Positions 11,592 to 21,548 of a stretch of DNA of 64,000 nt are shown piece by piece. Under the pieces are notes generated by a model. It saw only the letters and a list, made by a program, of their open reading frames with translations, had not been told where the DNA came from and ran no database searches. The stretch comes from Tubiluchus corallicola (lineage: Eukaryota > Animalia > Priapulida). The translations under genes and the position numbers were made by a program. Location of the stretch: contig JAQGDQ010000727.1 of assembly GCA_030141605.1 (NCBI GenBank), positions 42,886-106,885 on the forward strand. The letters run 5' to 3'. The first letter of the stretch is position 1. Every line of letters begins with the position of its first letter.

Positions 11592-12359
11592 TTAGATATA
11601 AAGAGATAGTTGCTTATATTTATGCATCACCTTCCTAAATTGGACAAGTAGTTGAGGGGTTTTTTCTATAGCATTACCTACCACTATAACATCTGCCCCT
11701 GCTTGAAAGATATTAGCAAGTTGTTCAGGGGTTTTAATACCTCCTCCTACCACAAGTGGATTGTTTATCTGTTGTTTTACAGCTGTTATCATCTCCAAAG
11801 ATATAGTTTGTTTTGCCCCACTGCCTGCTTCAAGGTAAGTGAGTTTGTGCCCCAACATTTCACCTGCTAAGGCAGTAGCAGTAGCCAGCTCTATATTATC
11901 ATTGGGTATAGGCTGCGTATTACTGACGTATTGCACTGTAGTATGACTGTTTCCTACCAATATATAACTGGTCGAGATAGTTTCCAAATTATATTTTTTA
12001 ATAAGAGGAGCGGCTATTACATGGTTATGTATAAGATACTGAGGGTTTCTACCTGATATAAGTGAGGGGAACAACATAGCATCAGCTTGTGGTGCTAATT
12101 GGTAAGTATCCCCTGGGAATATAATAATGGGTATCTGAGTGTAGGACTTAAGAGTCACAATTATTTCCTCAAAATTAGTGGCTAACAAACTGCCCCCAAC
12201 AAAAATATAATCCACATTATTTTCCTGTGCTATGGTCACAGTTTTATGCAAGGTAGTAAAAGTGTAATTATTAGGATCTATTAACAAAGCCAGCTGTTTT
12301 TTATCTTGTTTAGTGGCTTTTGTTATTATTTGAAAGATTGTTTTTTTTGTTCTGCCCAT
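11592..12359 (-). CDS. geranylgeranylglyceryl/heptaprenylglyceryl phosphate synthase (PcrB family)
   Basis: LLIDP, IFVGGS, IIFPG, SLISGRNPQYLI, YLEAGSGA, VGGGI and VVGN motifs. Confidence 0.93.
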   Translation of the reverse strand: MGRTKKTIFQIITKATKQDKKQLALLIDPNNYTFTTLHKTVTIAQENNVDYIFVGGSLLATNFEEIIVTLKSYTQIPIIIFPGDTYQLAPQADAMLFPSLISGRNPQYLIHNHVIAAPLIKKYNLETISTSYILVGNSHTTVQYVSNTQPIPNDNIELATATALAGEMLGHKLTYLEAGSGAKQTISLEMITAVKQQINNPLVVGGGIKTPEQLANIFQAGADVIVVGNAIEKTPQLLVQFRKVMHKYKQLSLYI

Positions 12360-12973
12360 ACTAATATGTTGTTTTTTATTTTTCGAGAATAGAGTTCAAA
12401 TTTAGTCTTTTTATTTTGATATTGCATCTCAGCATAAAAATTTTGGGCTTGCTGAAGTGTAAAAGGAAGTATATATATGTTTCTTTTTAAAGACAATTGC
12501 TCATTGCATATTTTATACACTGCCTCTTTAGCTGCCCAATAGTAGTGCAAATGTAGTATTGGATTTGCAGCATCTATTTGTTTTATTTCTTCTGGTAATA
12601 AAAATCGTTCCATTACCTTTTCTACTCTGTCAGATATCTTTTCTATATCTATTCCCACCTCATAAGAAGAATTAAGCATTAGGGCTACTACATCTTTAGA
12701 GTGGGTAATACTTATATTTTGAAGTCTACCGCGTATAATAGGTTTCCCGCTTGGAAGATATTCTATATATAGTTTTTCGTTTGCAACAAAATTGGCCAGC
12801 ATTCTTACGGCTAAGAACTCTTTTTTTCTTTGCTCACATTTAAACGCACTTAAAAAACTCTCATCATAGTCATTAATTTGAGCCTGTTGGTATAGTCGCT
12901 TTAAAGGTTCTGTTATTTGCCAAGCGGCAATTTGCGAACCATTGGGAGTAATATATGTGTAAAGTAACGGCAT
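12326..12973 (-). CDS. 4'-phosphopantetheinyl transferase family protein
   Basis: SGKP, ISITHS, VGIDIE and WAAKEAVYK motifs. Start moved to ATG at 12973. Confidence 0.9.
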   Translation of the reverse strand: MPLLYTYITPNGSQIAAWQITEPLKRLYQQAQINDYDESFLSAFKCEQRKKEFLAVRMLANFVANEKLYIEYLPSGKPIIRGRLQNISITHSKDVVALMLNSSYEVGIDIEKISDRVEKVMERFLLPEEIKQIDAANPILHLHYYWAAKEAVYKICNEQLSLKRNIYILPFTLQQAQNFYAEMQYQNKKTKFELYSRKIKNNILVWAEQKKQSFK

Positions 12974-12977
12974 TGTT

Positions 12978-13538
12978 CTAATTCCATTGCAAGGTGTTAA
13001 TAAGATGTTGAATATCCTTTTCAATATATTGACTTACGGGGGCTGTAGAATCTGCATTGGGCGTACTACTGTAATACAGTGCCCCTCTTATAAAATTTCT
13101 GATACTATCCGAAAGGATAAACTGTATTGGCGAAGCCACATTGCCCTCCACATTATAGACAATGCCATACTTTTTATCTTTTGCATTCTTGTACAATATA
13201 GTGTGTATAGCATCTGCCTTTACCGTATGTCGATAAGTTAAGCTATGTGATTCTTGCAAGTACTCTAATAGTTGATTTTCTATCTGCTCGTAAGTAATAT
13301 GTATTTTAGCTTTATAGTCGGGGTAAATAATATTTATCCAGTACGGGTGTTGATTGTCCTCCTGTATTGTTGCAAGCATAGAATATTCAAATTGATAAGG
13401 ATATTTCTCGTTACTAAACTTCTGAAAAACATTTTCCTCTGGCACATATATTCTAAAATAAGCCTTTGACTTTGGCATATAGTTATTTTGGCAAGAGGAG
13501 AGCAGTAAAACAATAAAGATAATAAATGTACACCGCAT
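12978..13538 (-). CDS. gldD: gliding motility lipoprotein GldD
   Basis: Lipobox LSSC, PKSKAYFRI, GNVASPIQF and RGALYY...PNADS; adjacent to gldE. Confidence 0.92.
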   Translation of the reverse strand: MRCTFIIFIVLLLSSCQNNYMPKSKAYFRIYVPEENVFQKFSNEKYPYQFEYSMLATIQEDNQHPYWINIIYPDYKAKIHITYEQIENQLLEYLQESHSLTYRHTVKADAIHTILYKNAKDKKYGIVYNVEGNVASPIQFILSDSIRNFIRGALYYSSTPNADSTAPVSQYIEKDIQHLINTLQWN

Positions 13539-14875
13539 TAGAGCTTTTTCTTTTGTAAAGAACCTGTTATTTGAACTTTGAGTTTTTTTATTTTTCTTTT
13601 ATCTGCTGATTTTATTGTAAATATTATATCACCTATTGTAAGCTTTTCATTTACCTTAGGGATTTCCCCTTTGTTTTCTATCAACAATCCGGCAATGGTA
13701 TCGGCTTCTCCTCGCTCTTTTTCAAAAACATCTTCGGGAATGCTTAGTATCTTGTAAAAGTCATTGAGGGGAGTTATTCCTTCAAATATATAGGTATTTT
13801 TATTTATTTTCTTATATATACCACCTCTATCATTCCGTTCATCATAAACATCCCCTACTATCTCCTCAAGTATGTCCTCCATAGTAACAATCCCCGAAGT
13901 TCCGCCATATTCATCTACTACTATTGCAAGATGAATTTTTCGCGTCTTAAATTCATCCAAAAGTGTATTTATCTTTTTAGTCTCAGGAACATAATAAGGC
14001 GGGCGAATAAGTGATTGCCACCTAAACCGGTTTCCCTTAGATATATGTGGCAGCAAATCTTTACTATACAACACTCCCTTTATGTTATCAAAACTTTCAG
14101 TATACACAGGAATACGAGAATATTGGGACTTTTTTATAACCTGCATCACTTCAGTAAAAGAAGTATTGGCATCTATCGCTGTTATATTGACCCGTGGGTT
14201 TTTTATTTCTCCCACATCAATACCATTAAATCTCACGATAGCTTCCAGAATACTTTTTTCTTCATCTGTTTCTTGCGATGTAATTTTCAATGCCTTGGAT
14301 ATTTCCTCTATAGAAGCTGTTCGTTTCTTTGTCAAAAACCTTTTATTGAGAAGAGCTGATATTTTAATCAACACCCTATTAAAAGGATTAAGCACCACCT
14401 GAAGAATATTAATAGGGTATACCATCAGAGTAGCAAACTTTAAAGCTAGGTGAGTAGCATAAATTTTGGGAATTATCTCTCCAAAAAATAAAATAAGAAA
14501 GGTAATAACTACTACTTTAAAAGTAAATTCTAAAACCTTAGCATCGGCAAAATTGATAAGCGAAGAGGTGAAGTAGCTTGTTGTTATAACAATGGCGATA
14601 TTCACAAAATTATTTGCAACAAGTATTGTAGCCAGAAGTTTTTCAGGAAATTTCAGCACCTTTATTATCAATGCACTCCTCTTATTGTTTTCTGATGCCT
14701 CTAACTTTTGTATATGAGCAGGGGTAAGCGAAAAAAAAGCCACCTCTGAACCTGATATCAAAGCAGAGACAACAAGTAGCAAGAAGATAACAATCGCAGT
14801 AATTGTATGCGTAAAAGTAAATGCGTAAAAATGTACGTTATCTATATTGAATAGGCTGTTCAGCTCAATTTCCAA
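13538..14875 (-). CDS. gldE: gliding motility-associated protein GldE (CNNM/CBS/CorC domains)
   Basis: SGSEVAFFSL, FGEIIPK, YSRIPVY, VVDEYGGTSGIVTMEDILEEIVG; sits between ssb and gldD. Confidence 0.93.
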   Translation of the reverse strand: MEIELNSLFNIDNVHFYAFTFTHTITAIVIFLLLVVSALISGSEVAFFSLTPAHIQKLEASENNKRSALIIKVLKFPEKLLATILVANNFVNIAIVITTSYFTSSLINFADAKVLEFTFKVVVITFLILFFGEIIPKIYATHLALKFATLMVYPINILQVVLNPFNRVLIKISALLNKRFLTKKRTASIEEISKALKITSQETDEEKSILEAIVRFNGIDVGEIKNPRVNITAIDANTSFTEVMQVIKKSQYSRIPVYTESFDNIKGVLYSKDLLPHISKGNRFRWQSLIRPPYYVPETKKINTLLDEFKTRKIHLAIVVDEYGGTSGIVTMEDILEEIVGDVYDERNDRGGIYKKINKNTYIFEGITPLNDFYKILSIPEDVFEKERGEADTIAGLLIENKGEIPKVNEKLTIGDIIFTIKSADKRKIKKLKVQITGSLQKKKL

Positions 14876-14905
14876 TCTTCAAGTATTTTTTATCTATTAT
14901 TCGCT

Positions 14906-15322
14906 CTATATAGACAATTCGTCCTCATTACTAGCAGCCATAGTTGAGCCTGTTTCTGCAATTTCCTCTATTTCTTCTTCTTTTTCTTTTCTTTTACCCA
15001 GTAGCTGCATATTTTCAGCATATATTTCTGTTATATTTCTTCTATTTCCTTCCTTATCTTCCCAATGACGTGTTTTTAATTTTCCCTCTACATACAATAA
15101 TTGTCCTTTTGTAACATATTTATCAGCCATTTCCGCAAGCCCCCTCCACAAAACAACATTGTGCCACTCAGTTTTATCAGCTACTTTCTCTCCATCTTTT
15201 TTTGTATACCCTCTTTCGTGAGTTGCCACCAGCAAACTTGCAACTGCTATACCATTATCTAGATATCGTATCTGTGGAGTTTTTCCAACATTTCCAATTA
15301 AAATTACCCTGTTTAGCGACAT
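14906..15322 (-). CDS. ssb: single-stranded DNA-binding protein
   Basis: SLNRVILIGNVG, TEWHNVVLW, KGQLLYVEGKLKTR. Confidence 0.97.
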   Translation of the reverse strand: MSLNRVILIGNVGKTPQIRYLDNGIAVASLLVATHERGYTKKDGEKVADKTEWHNVVLWRGLAEMADKYVTKGQLLYVEGKLKTRHWEDKEGNRRNITEIYAENMQLLGKRKEKEEEIEEIAETGSTMAASNEDELSI

Positions 15323-15998
15323 TATACTTAGTTTTTAGTTTTGTAACATATTAAAATCCCCCCTTATTCAAAATCAAACAGTAAAATTAAAATAGTAATT
15401 TATGTTTTCCAAATATTTTTTATCTTTTTAATCAATATCCTCAACATATAATATAATTATTCCTTTACAAACAAATATTTAAAAGTAACTGCATATAATT
15501 TTTTGCATACTTTTTTTATCTTCGCAACTTATTGCTCTTTCTTTAGCCCGCTTTGCACTAAAAAGATGATAACCGCAAGGAATGTTAAGAAAAACATAAT
15601 TACCTACCTGTGCCAATTAAATTAGTGTAAAATCATATATTGTATAATAGTTATTTTCTTTTAAAATTTACAACTATGATGAAAAATGCAGAAAAAGAAA
15701 TATTTACGGCCTTTATATTGTGAAACTGATGGGAACAATTAGACAAAGAAAAATCAACTTTAATTTTAATGAACTTGCAAAAGACTTAGAATAGAATTTA
15801 GACCAAAATATGAGCTGTGCTGGTCAGGTTATTTTATCTAAAGAATTAAGAATTTTAATTTACTTTTAAAAACTTTGCTCCATTAAAAAAGTCAAATAAG
15901 ATGAAGTATTCCAGAAGAAAAAGTTAAAAAAAGATATCAACTAAAAAAGATATCCAAACCTTGCCTTGAACTGATAATTAAGAATAAAAGCTAAAGTA

Positions 15999-17168
15999 AT
16001 GAAATATTTCTTTAAAAACACTGTAAAAGAAATATGTATACGTCTTTGGTTGCTTGCATCAATAGTCGCCCTTAGCTACTGCAATGCAAATGCCAAACAA
16101 CCAAACAAAAACATAATACTTGGTGTAGAGCAATTAGATGTCTATCTACCTCTTATACAAGGGAAAAAAGTAGGCTTGCTCATCAACCATACTTCTGTAA
16201 TAAAAAATACCCACCTGATAGACACACTTCATTCTTTGAACATAGATATTCGTTATATCTTTGCTCCCGAACACGGTTTCAGGGGAAACCTCAAAGAAGG
16301 TGAAAAGTTTGAAAACAGTATAGACCCAAAAACCAACATTCCCATCATTTCACTATACGGAAAAAACCAAAAACCCAACCAAAAACACCTTCAAAATATA
16401 GATGTAGTTATTTTTGACATTCAAGACGTAGGAGCAAGATTCTACACCTACATATCCTCTCTCTATCTAATGATGCAAGCACTTGCTGAAGCCAATAAGG
16501 AGTTGCTCGTATTAGACCGCCCCAACCCTAATGGTGATTACGTAGATGGGCCTGTGTTGAATATGAAATTTCAGTCGTTTGTAGGTATGCTACCCATTCC
16601 CATAATCCACGGATTAACAGTAGCCGAGCTTGCAAGAATGATAAATGGAGAAGGTTGGTTAGAAGGAAAGAAAAAATGTAAATTTCAAGCTATAAAATGT
16701 CTCAATTATACCCACAGTACGAAATATAGCCCTTCTATAAAACCCTCACCTAATTTGCCAAACTACACTGCTATTCGCCTTTATCCCTCGTTATGTTTTT
16801 TCGAAGCCACTCAGTTTAGTATAGGTAGAGGTACGCCTCACCCTTTCCAAATAATAGGCTACCCCAACAAGAGTATGGGCAATTTTACTTTTAACGTAGA
16901 AGATAAAACGGATAAGCATTATGGCGAAGACTTAAGAAATGAAATTAATAGTAAGTTTACATTAAAATACATCATAAGCTACTACTACAAGTTTGCCAAC
17001 AAAGAAAAGTTTTTTACTTCACCTTCTTTTATGGATAAACTGGCAGGTACAGACCTATTACGAAAACAAATAATTGCAGGCTATACTGAAGAGCAAATAC
17101 GCGCCACATGGCAGGAAGATTTAAAAATCTATAAAAAATTGAGAGAGAAGTATTTGTTGTATGAGTAA
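15999..17168 (+). CDS. namZ: exo-beta-N-acetylmuramidase NamZ (DUF1343/YbbC family)
   Basis: FAPEHGFRG, FDIQDVGARFYTY, VLDRPNP, PSPNLP and SIGRGT motifs; signal peptide. Confidence 0.92.
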   Translation: MKYFFKNTVKEICIRLWLLASIVALSYCNANAKQPNKNIILGVEQLDVYLPLIQGKKVGLLINHTSVIKNTHLIDTLHSLNIDIRYIFAPEHGFRGNLKEGEKFENSIDPKTNIPIISLYGKNQKPNQKHLQNIDVVIFDIQDVGARFYTYISSLYLMMQALAEANKELLVLDRPNPNGDYVDGPVLNMKFQSFVGMLPIPIIHGLTVAELARMINGEGWLEGKKKCKFQAIKCLNYTHSTKYSPSIKPSPNLPNYTAIRLYPSLCFFEATQFSIGRGTPHPFQIIGYPNKSMGNFTFNVEDKTDKHYGEDLRNEINSKFTLKYIISYYYKFANKEKFFTSPSFMDKLAGTDLLRKQIIAGYTEEQIRATWQEDLKIYKKLREKYLLYE

Positions 17169-17231
17169 AATCAGAAAATACAAGATGTTGTCTTGGCTCG
17201 CATAATTAAAAATCACAACAATACAAAAATA

Positions 17232-17265
17232 AGGGGCGTATCTTTATTTAGATAGATACACCCCT
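17232..17265. terminator. hairpin between convergent namZ and kdgK
   Basis: AGGGGCGTATCT...AGATACACCCCT stem flanked by A/T runs. Confidence 0.55.
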
Positions 17266-17291
17266 GCATTTTTACTCATATAGTCCTACTA

Positions 17292-18392
17292 CTACCTATC
17301 CACTCTAGCACTACCACCACCTACAAGTTTTTCTACTTCATCCAAACTTGCCATAGTAGTATCACCGGGAGTAGTCATTGCCAAGGCTCCGTGAGCAGCA
17401 CCATATTCCACTGCCTTCTTAGCATCGTTGAAGGTAATAAGTCCATATATCAATCCCGAGGCGAAACTATCTCCTCCTCCTACTCTATCCATTATTTCCA
17501 AGTCTTCTCTATGAATAGCCTCATTTATTTTTCCTTCTGCCCAGCACAATGCACCCCACGAGTTCACAGTGGCTGTTTTCACCGTTCGCAAAGTAGTTCC
17601 AATAGCCTTAAAATTAGGATATGCCTTAGTGGCCTGCTCTATCATCTTTTTATAACCTTCAAGGTTGAGTTCTTTAAGATTGTCATCATTTCCTTCCACT
17701 TCTAAGCCAAGGCAAGCTGTAAAATCCTCCTCATTGCCTATCATTACATCTACATATTTGGCTATTTCCTTATTCACTTCTTGTGCTTTTTTATGTCCAC
17801 CAATAGCTTTCCACAACGAAGGACGATAATTAAGGTCATAAGAAGTAATTGTACCATACTTTTTAGCTGCTTTCAAAGCCTCTATAGTTACTTCAGGTGT
17901 AGTTGCAGAAAGTGCTGCAAAAATACCACCCGTATGAAACCAACGAGACCCTAACTTGCCAAAAATATAATCCCAATCTATATCACCTTTTTTCAGCTGT
18001 GAAACAGCCGTATTACCTCTATCCGAAACTCCTTTTGCTCCTCTTATGCCATAACCTCTTTCAGTGAAGTTCATCCCATTTCTCACAGTTCGCCCTATAC
18101 CATCATAATCATACCACTTAATAAACTGTGTATCCAAACCTCCTTGCATTATAAGGTCTTCCACCAACATACCTACATCGTTCTTAGCAAGTGCTGTTAC
18201 AATGGCTGCATCAAAACCAAAACATTTTTTCAGCCCACGAGACACATTGTATTCCCCTCCTCCTTCCCAAGCCCTAAAATGTCGAGCAGTTCTTATTCTG
18301 CCTTCTCCTGGGTCTAATCTTAACATTACTTCTCCAAGTGAAATACTATCGTATTTACATTCTTTTTTTGACTTTACATTTAATACTCCCAT
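17292..18392 (-). CDS. kdgK: PfkB-family sugar kinase, 2-keto-3-deoxygluconate kinase-like
   Basis: LGEVMLRLDPG, EGGGEYNV, SYDLNYRPSLW, GNEED and DRVGGGDSFASG. Confidence 0.88.
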   Translation of the reverse strand: MGVLNVKSKKECKYDSISLGEVMLRLDPGEGRIRTARHFRAWEGGGEYNVSRGLKKCFGFDAAIVTALAKNDVGMLVEDLIMQGGLDTQFIKWYDYDGIGRTVRNGMNFTERGYGIRGAKGVSDRGNTAVSQLKKGDIDWDYIFGKLGSRWFHTGGIFAALSATTPEVTIEALKAAKKYGTITSYDLNYRPSLWKAIGGHKKAQEVNKEIAKYVDVMIGNEEDFTACLGLEVEGNDDNLKELNLEGYKKMIEQATKAYPNFKAIGTTLRTVKTATVNSWGALCWAEGKINEAIHREDLEIMDRVGGGDSFASGLIYGLITFNDAKKAVEYGAAHGALAMTTPGDTTMASLDEVEKLVGGGSARVDR

Positions 18393-18528
18393 TTTAATTA
18401 TATTATTTTATATGTTTTTAAATTTGTTGCAAAATATAAAAAATTATTATTCGTTTTTAATTAAAATTGTAAAAAATGGTCCCCATCATTTTCTTACCTT
18501 TGTTCTTCTTATTTTTAATATAGCAAAT

Positions 18529-19656
18529 ATGATAAGCAAAAATATAATTGATAAACTAAGACCCTACAACCATCAAGAAATGAGGGAGGTGCTAACAAAA
18601 CTTTTGGAAGACACTACCTTTATAAATATGTATCAACTACTATTTCCTGATGTTACAGTAGATACATTAAAAAAATCTTTTGCCTCCATCCAATCAGTAT
18701 ACGATTTTCAGAAATCTATAATGATACCCATCTTAGATTGGATAAAGGTAAAAAGTATGAAGGAAATTACATTCTCTGGCATAGAAAATATTAGCAAAAA
18801 CAAAGGCTATTTGTTCCTTTCCAACCACAGAGATATATTAATAGACCCTTCCTTTTTAAATTATACCTTAATGAAAAACAATTTTGATACCACAGAAATT
18901 GCTTTAGGTGATAACCTGTTGGGACATAATTGGATAAAAAAAGTTGTAAAGCTAAATAAAGGTTTCATTGTAAAACGAGGGCTATCTCCCAAAGAAATGT
19001 TATTATTTTCCAAAGATTTATCAGAATATATACACTATGTTATAAAACATAAAAAACATTCTATATGGATAGCACACCGTGAAGGAAGAGCCAAAGATGG
19101 TAATGATAAAACAAACACAGGCTTACTTAAAATGTTGGGAATGAGTAGTAAAGATTTTATAACAGGGTTTTCCACATTAAATATTGTACCTTTAGCCATT
19201 TCTTACGAGTTTAACCCTTGCGACATATTGATACTTAAAGAACTAATAATCAGAGCAAAAGGCGAAAAGTATGTAAAATCTGAAAAAGAAGACCTCGAAA
19301 ATATGGAAGTAGGAGTAATGGGCTACAAAGGAAAAATGCACATCTCTGTTGGTTCCCCTATCAATAAAGAAATTCAACAAATAACAGGACAAAGCTATAA
19401 TAAGAAAATGGACAATTTAGCAAAGTTAATAGACAAACATATTCACCAACAATACAAATTATTCTCTTCTAATTACATTGCTTATGATGTATTAAGCAAG
19501 ACCAATACATTTGAAAAGCAATATAGTTTAAAAGAAAAAGCAAATTTTATAAACGATGTAGAGAAAAAAATAGCTCATTACCCTAACGACAAAGCACTGG
19601 CAAAAAAACTACTGTTAGAAATGTATGCCAATCCCGTAAAAAACAAAGACGTATAA
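18529..19656 (+). CDS. glycerol-3-phosphate/lysophospholipid acyltransferase (PlsC-like)
   Basis: SNHRDILID (HxxxxD) and WIAHREGRAKDGND motifs. Start at ATG 18529 follows TACCTTTG at 18495; the longer ORF overlaps kdgK. Confidence 0.88.
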   Translation: MISKNIIDKLRPYNHQEMREVLTKLLEDTTFINMYQLLFPDVTVDTLKKSFASIQSVYDFQKSIMIPILDWIKVKSMKEITFSGIENISKNKGYLFLSNHRDILIDPSFLNYTLMKNNFDTTEIALGDNLLGHNWIKKVVKLNKGFIVKRGLSPKEMLLFSKDLSEYIHYVIKHKKHSIWIAHREGRAKDGNDKTNTGLLKMLGMSSKDFITGFSTLNIVPLAISYEFNPCDILILKELIIRAKGEKYVKSEKEDLENMEVGVMGYKGKMHISVGSPINKEIQQITGQSYNKKMDNLAKLIDKHIHQQYKLFSSNYIAYDVLSKTNTFEKQYSLKEKANFINDVEKKIAHYPNDKALAKKLLLEMYANPVKNKDV

Positions 19657-19657
19657 A

Positions 19658-19687
19658 TGTGTAAAGGCCAAAGTGTTGCCTTTACAC
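19658..19687. terminator. hairpin between convergent genes
   Basis: TGTGTAAAGGC...GCCTTTACACA inverted repeat. Confidence 0.55.
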
Positions 19688-19701
19688 AAAAAATACATAG
19701 T

Positions 19702-20268
19702 TTAAAACTTATATCCTACAGCTATGTGAATATAGTCTTCGGTAAAAACTTTTACTGGATCTGCAAAGTTGAACCCATAACGTACATCAAAAGTAAATTT
19801 AAGGAAATCTGCTCCAAGTCCTGCTTGCATGCTTATACTTGGAGAGTTTATGCTCTCTCCCACATCAATATTGTCATCAATATTGTGTTCTTTCACTTTG
19901 TCATCTCCTTTTAGATAGAAAGAGAATACAGGTCCTGCCATTAATCTTACATTGAGTTTTTTCATATTAATCATACGCCAACCTACAAGAAGGGGCACAT
20001 CTATCGCAGAAAGGTCTACCTCCGTTTTTCGATCATGAATAGTATATTCCGTTTTAGTGTTAGAGTAATACACCTCTGGTTGAAACAGCAAAACAGGTAA
20101 GTTAATTCTGACAAATGCTCCAATAGCAGTCCCCGTTTCAGTATTACCACCAGCAGCATCTTGAAAGTTGGTAAAGTTAAGCCCTACTTTTAGCCCCTTA
20201 TCAAAAAGCTCCGCAAAAGCATTGGTGCTTAAAAAAGCAATTATAACTAATAATGTTATTTTTTTCAT
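19702..20268 (-). CDS. outer-membrane beta-barrel (porin family) protein
   Basis: Signal peptide, GLKVGLNF, FQPEVYYS, IDVPLLVG and C-terminal VGYKF. Confidence 0.85.
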   Translation of the reverse strand: MKKITLLVIIAFLSTNAFAELFDKGLKVGLNFTNFQDAAGGNTETGTAIGAFVRINLPVLLFQPEVYYSNTKTEYTIHDRKTEVDLSAIDVPLLVGWRMINMKKLNVRLMAGPVFSFYLKGDDKVKEHNIDDNIDVGESINSPSISMQAGLGADFLKFTFDVRYGFNFADPVKVFTEDYIHIAVGYKF

Positions 20269-20316
20269 TTTTCTTATTTTTAAAAATTTATTTTTATGCA
20301 AATATATTATAATTAT

Positions 20317-21135
20317 TTATTTAACCCTTTCTGCAATAAACCAAGGATTTAAAAGATTTTTTTTGTTATACTCCAATGGTTTAGAAGTTCCGTGCTGCCT
20401 AACTGTTCCTCCTGAGTATTTGATAACAGCATCTCCCGCAGCAGTATCCCATTCCATAGTACCACCTAAACGAGGATAAATATCAGCAGTGCCTTCTGCT
20501 ATTAGGCACAACTTTAATGAACTACCTTTTGACACAATACTAATGTCTCCATGCTCCTTTTCCAACTTTTCGTAATAATGCTTTGTTTCTTCCGTAAGAT
20601 GAGATCTACTACCAATCACTACTATTTTTTCGTTTCTTTCGACCAAAGGCAATTTTGTTCCTTTCGAAAGCAGCCTTTTCACATCAAGTTTATTAACATT
20701 GGTTACAGGAGCTGTTACTTTTAAGCTGCCTATACTTGCTGTTCCTATATATAAGTTTTCTGAAACAGGTGCATATATCACTCCAAGTACGGGGCGATTC
20801 TCGTATATAAGAGCTATGTTTATTGAAAATTCATCGTTCTTTTTTATAAAGTCAGCAGTGCCATCCAATGGGTCAATCATCCAAAAATATTTCCATTCTT
20901 TTCTTTTTTGATATTTTGTATGAAAACCCTCTTCACTTAATATGGGATATTTTGTTTTTCTAAGAAGGCTCTTTATGGCTCTATTCGAACGCTTGTCTGC
21001 TAAGGTAATAGGAGATTCGTCTTTTTTTAACTTAACAGATATATCCGGAGAATTGTACACTCTTAGTATAGATTTTCCTGCTTTTATTGCTGCTTTTACT
21101 GAGTATTCCAACATTTCTTGGATGTCAACTTTCAT
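20317..21135 (-). CDS. cysQ: 3'(2'),5'-bisphosphate nucleotidase CysQ
   Basis: KKDESPITLAD, ILSEE, WMIDPLDGT, SRSH, GSSLKLC and MEWDTAAG. Confidence 0.95.
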   Translation of the reverse strand: MKVDIQEMLEYSVKAAIKAGKSILRVYNSPDISVKLKKDESPITLADKRSNRAIKSLLRKTKYPILSEEGFHTKYQKRKEWKYFWMIDPLDGTADFIKKNDEFSINIALIYENRPVLGVIYAPVSENLYIGTASIGSLKVTAPVTNVNKLDVKRLLSKGTKLPLVERNEKIVVIGSRSHLTEETKHYYEKLEKEHGDISIVSKGSSLKLCLIAEGTADIYPRLGGTMEWDTAAGDAVIKYSGGTVRQHGTSKPLEYNKKNLLNPWFIAERVK

Positions 21136-21548
21136 AAGCAGTGCATCATTGTTGTTATTACCATATATATTCTAAAAAGGTACAAATATACGATTTTTAG
21201 AGAACACCAAATAAAATACCTGCTATAATACAAAGTAAACTTGTTATTTGCAATTTTCCGTTCAATTATTCTTGGTAGCTATAATAAAATTTGCACTACT
21301 TTTTTTTTAATTTTAGCAACCTGTTGTACCTTCTTAATGTGCTTTGCGGTAGAAAGATGATAACGGCAAGATACACTAAGAAAAAACTATTGTCTGTCTT
21401 GTATCATTAAAACTTTATGTTTTTGAACCTCTTAAAATATTTTCTCATATTATCTTAATAAATAACAATAATTTTTCACTCAATTAATTTAGACTTTACC
21501 TATATTTGCATCTTAAAACAAAATTTTTAATTTAAATAACATTAAAAA

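Noticed and set aside
15677-15900. Possible decayed gene upstream of namZ
   Set aside because: Short coding-like fragments with several stops and no recognisable motif; cannot be supported.
18202-18528. N-terminal extension of the acyltransferase ORF
   Set aside because: It overlaps kdgK antisense and the promoter region; ATG 18529 after a TAnnTTTG motif is more plausible.
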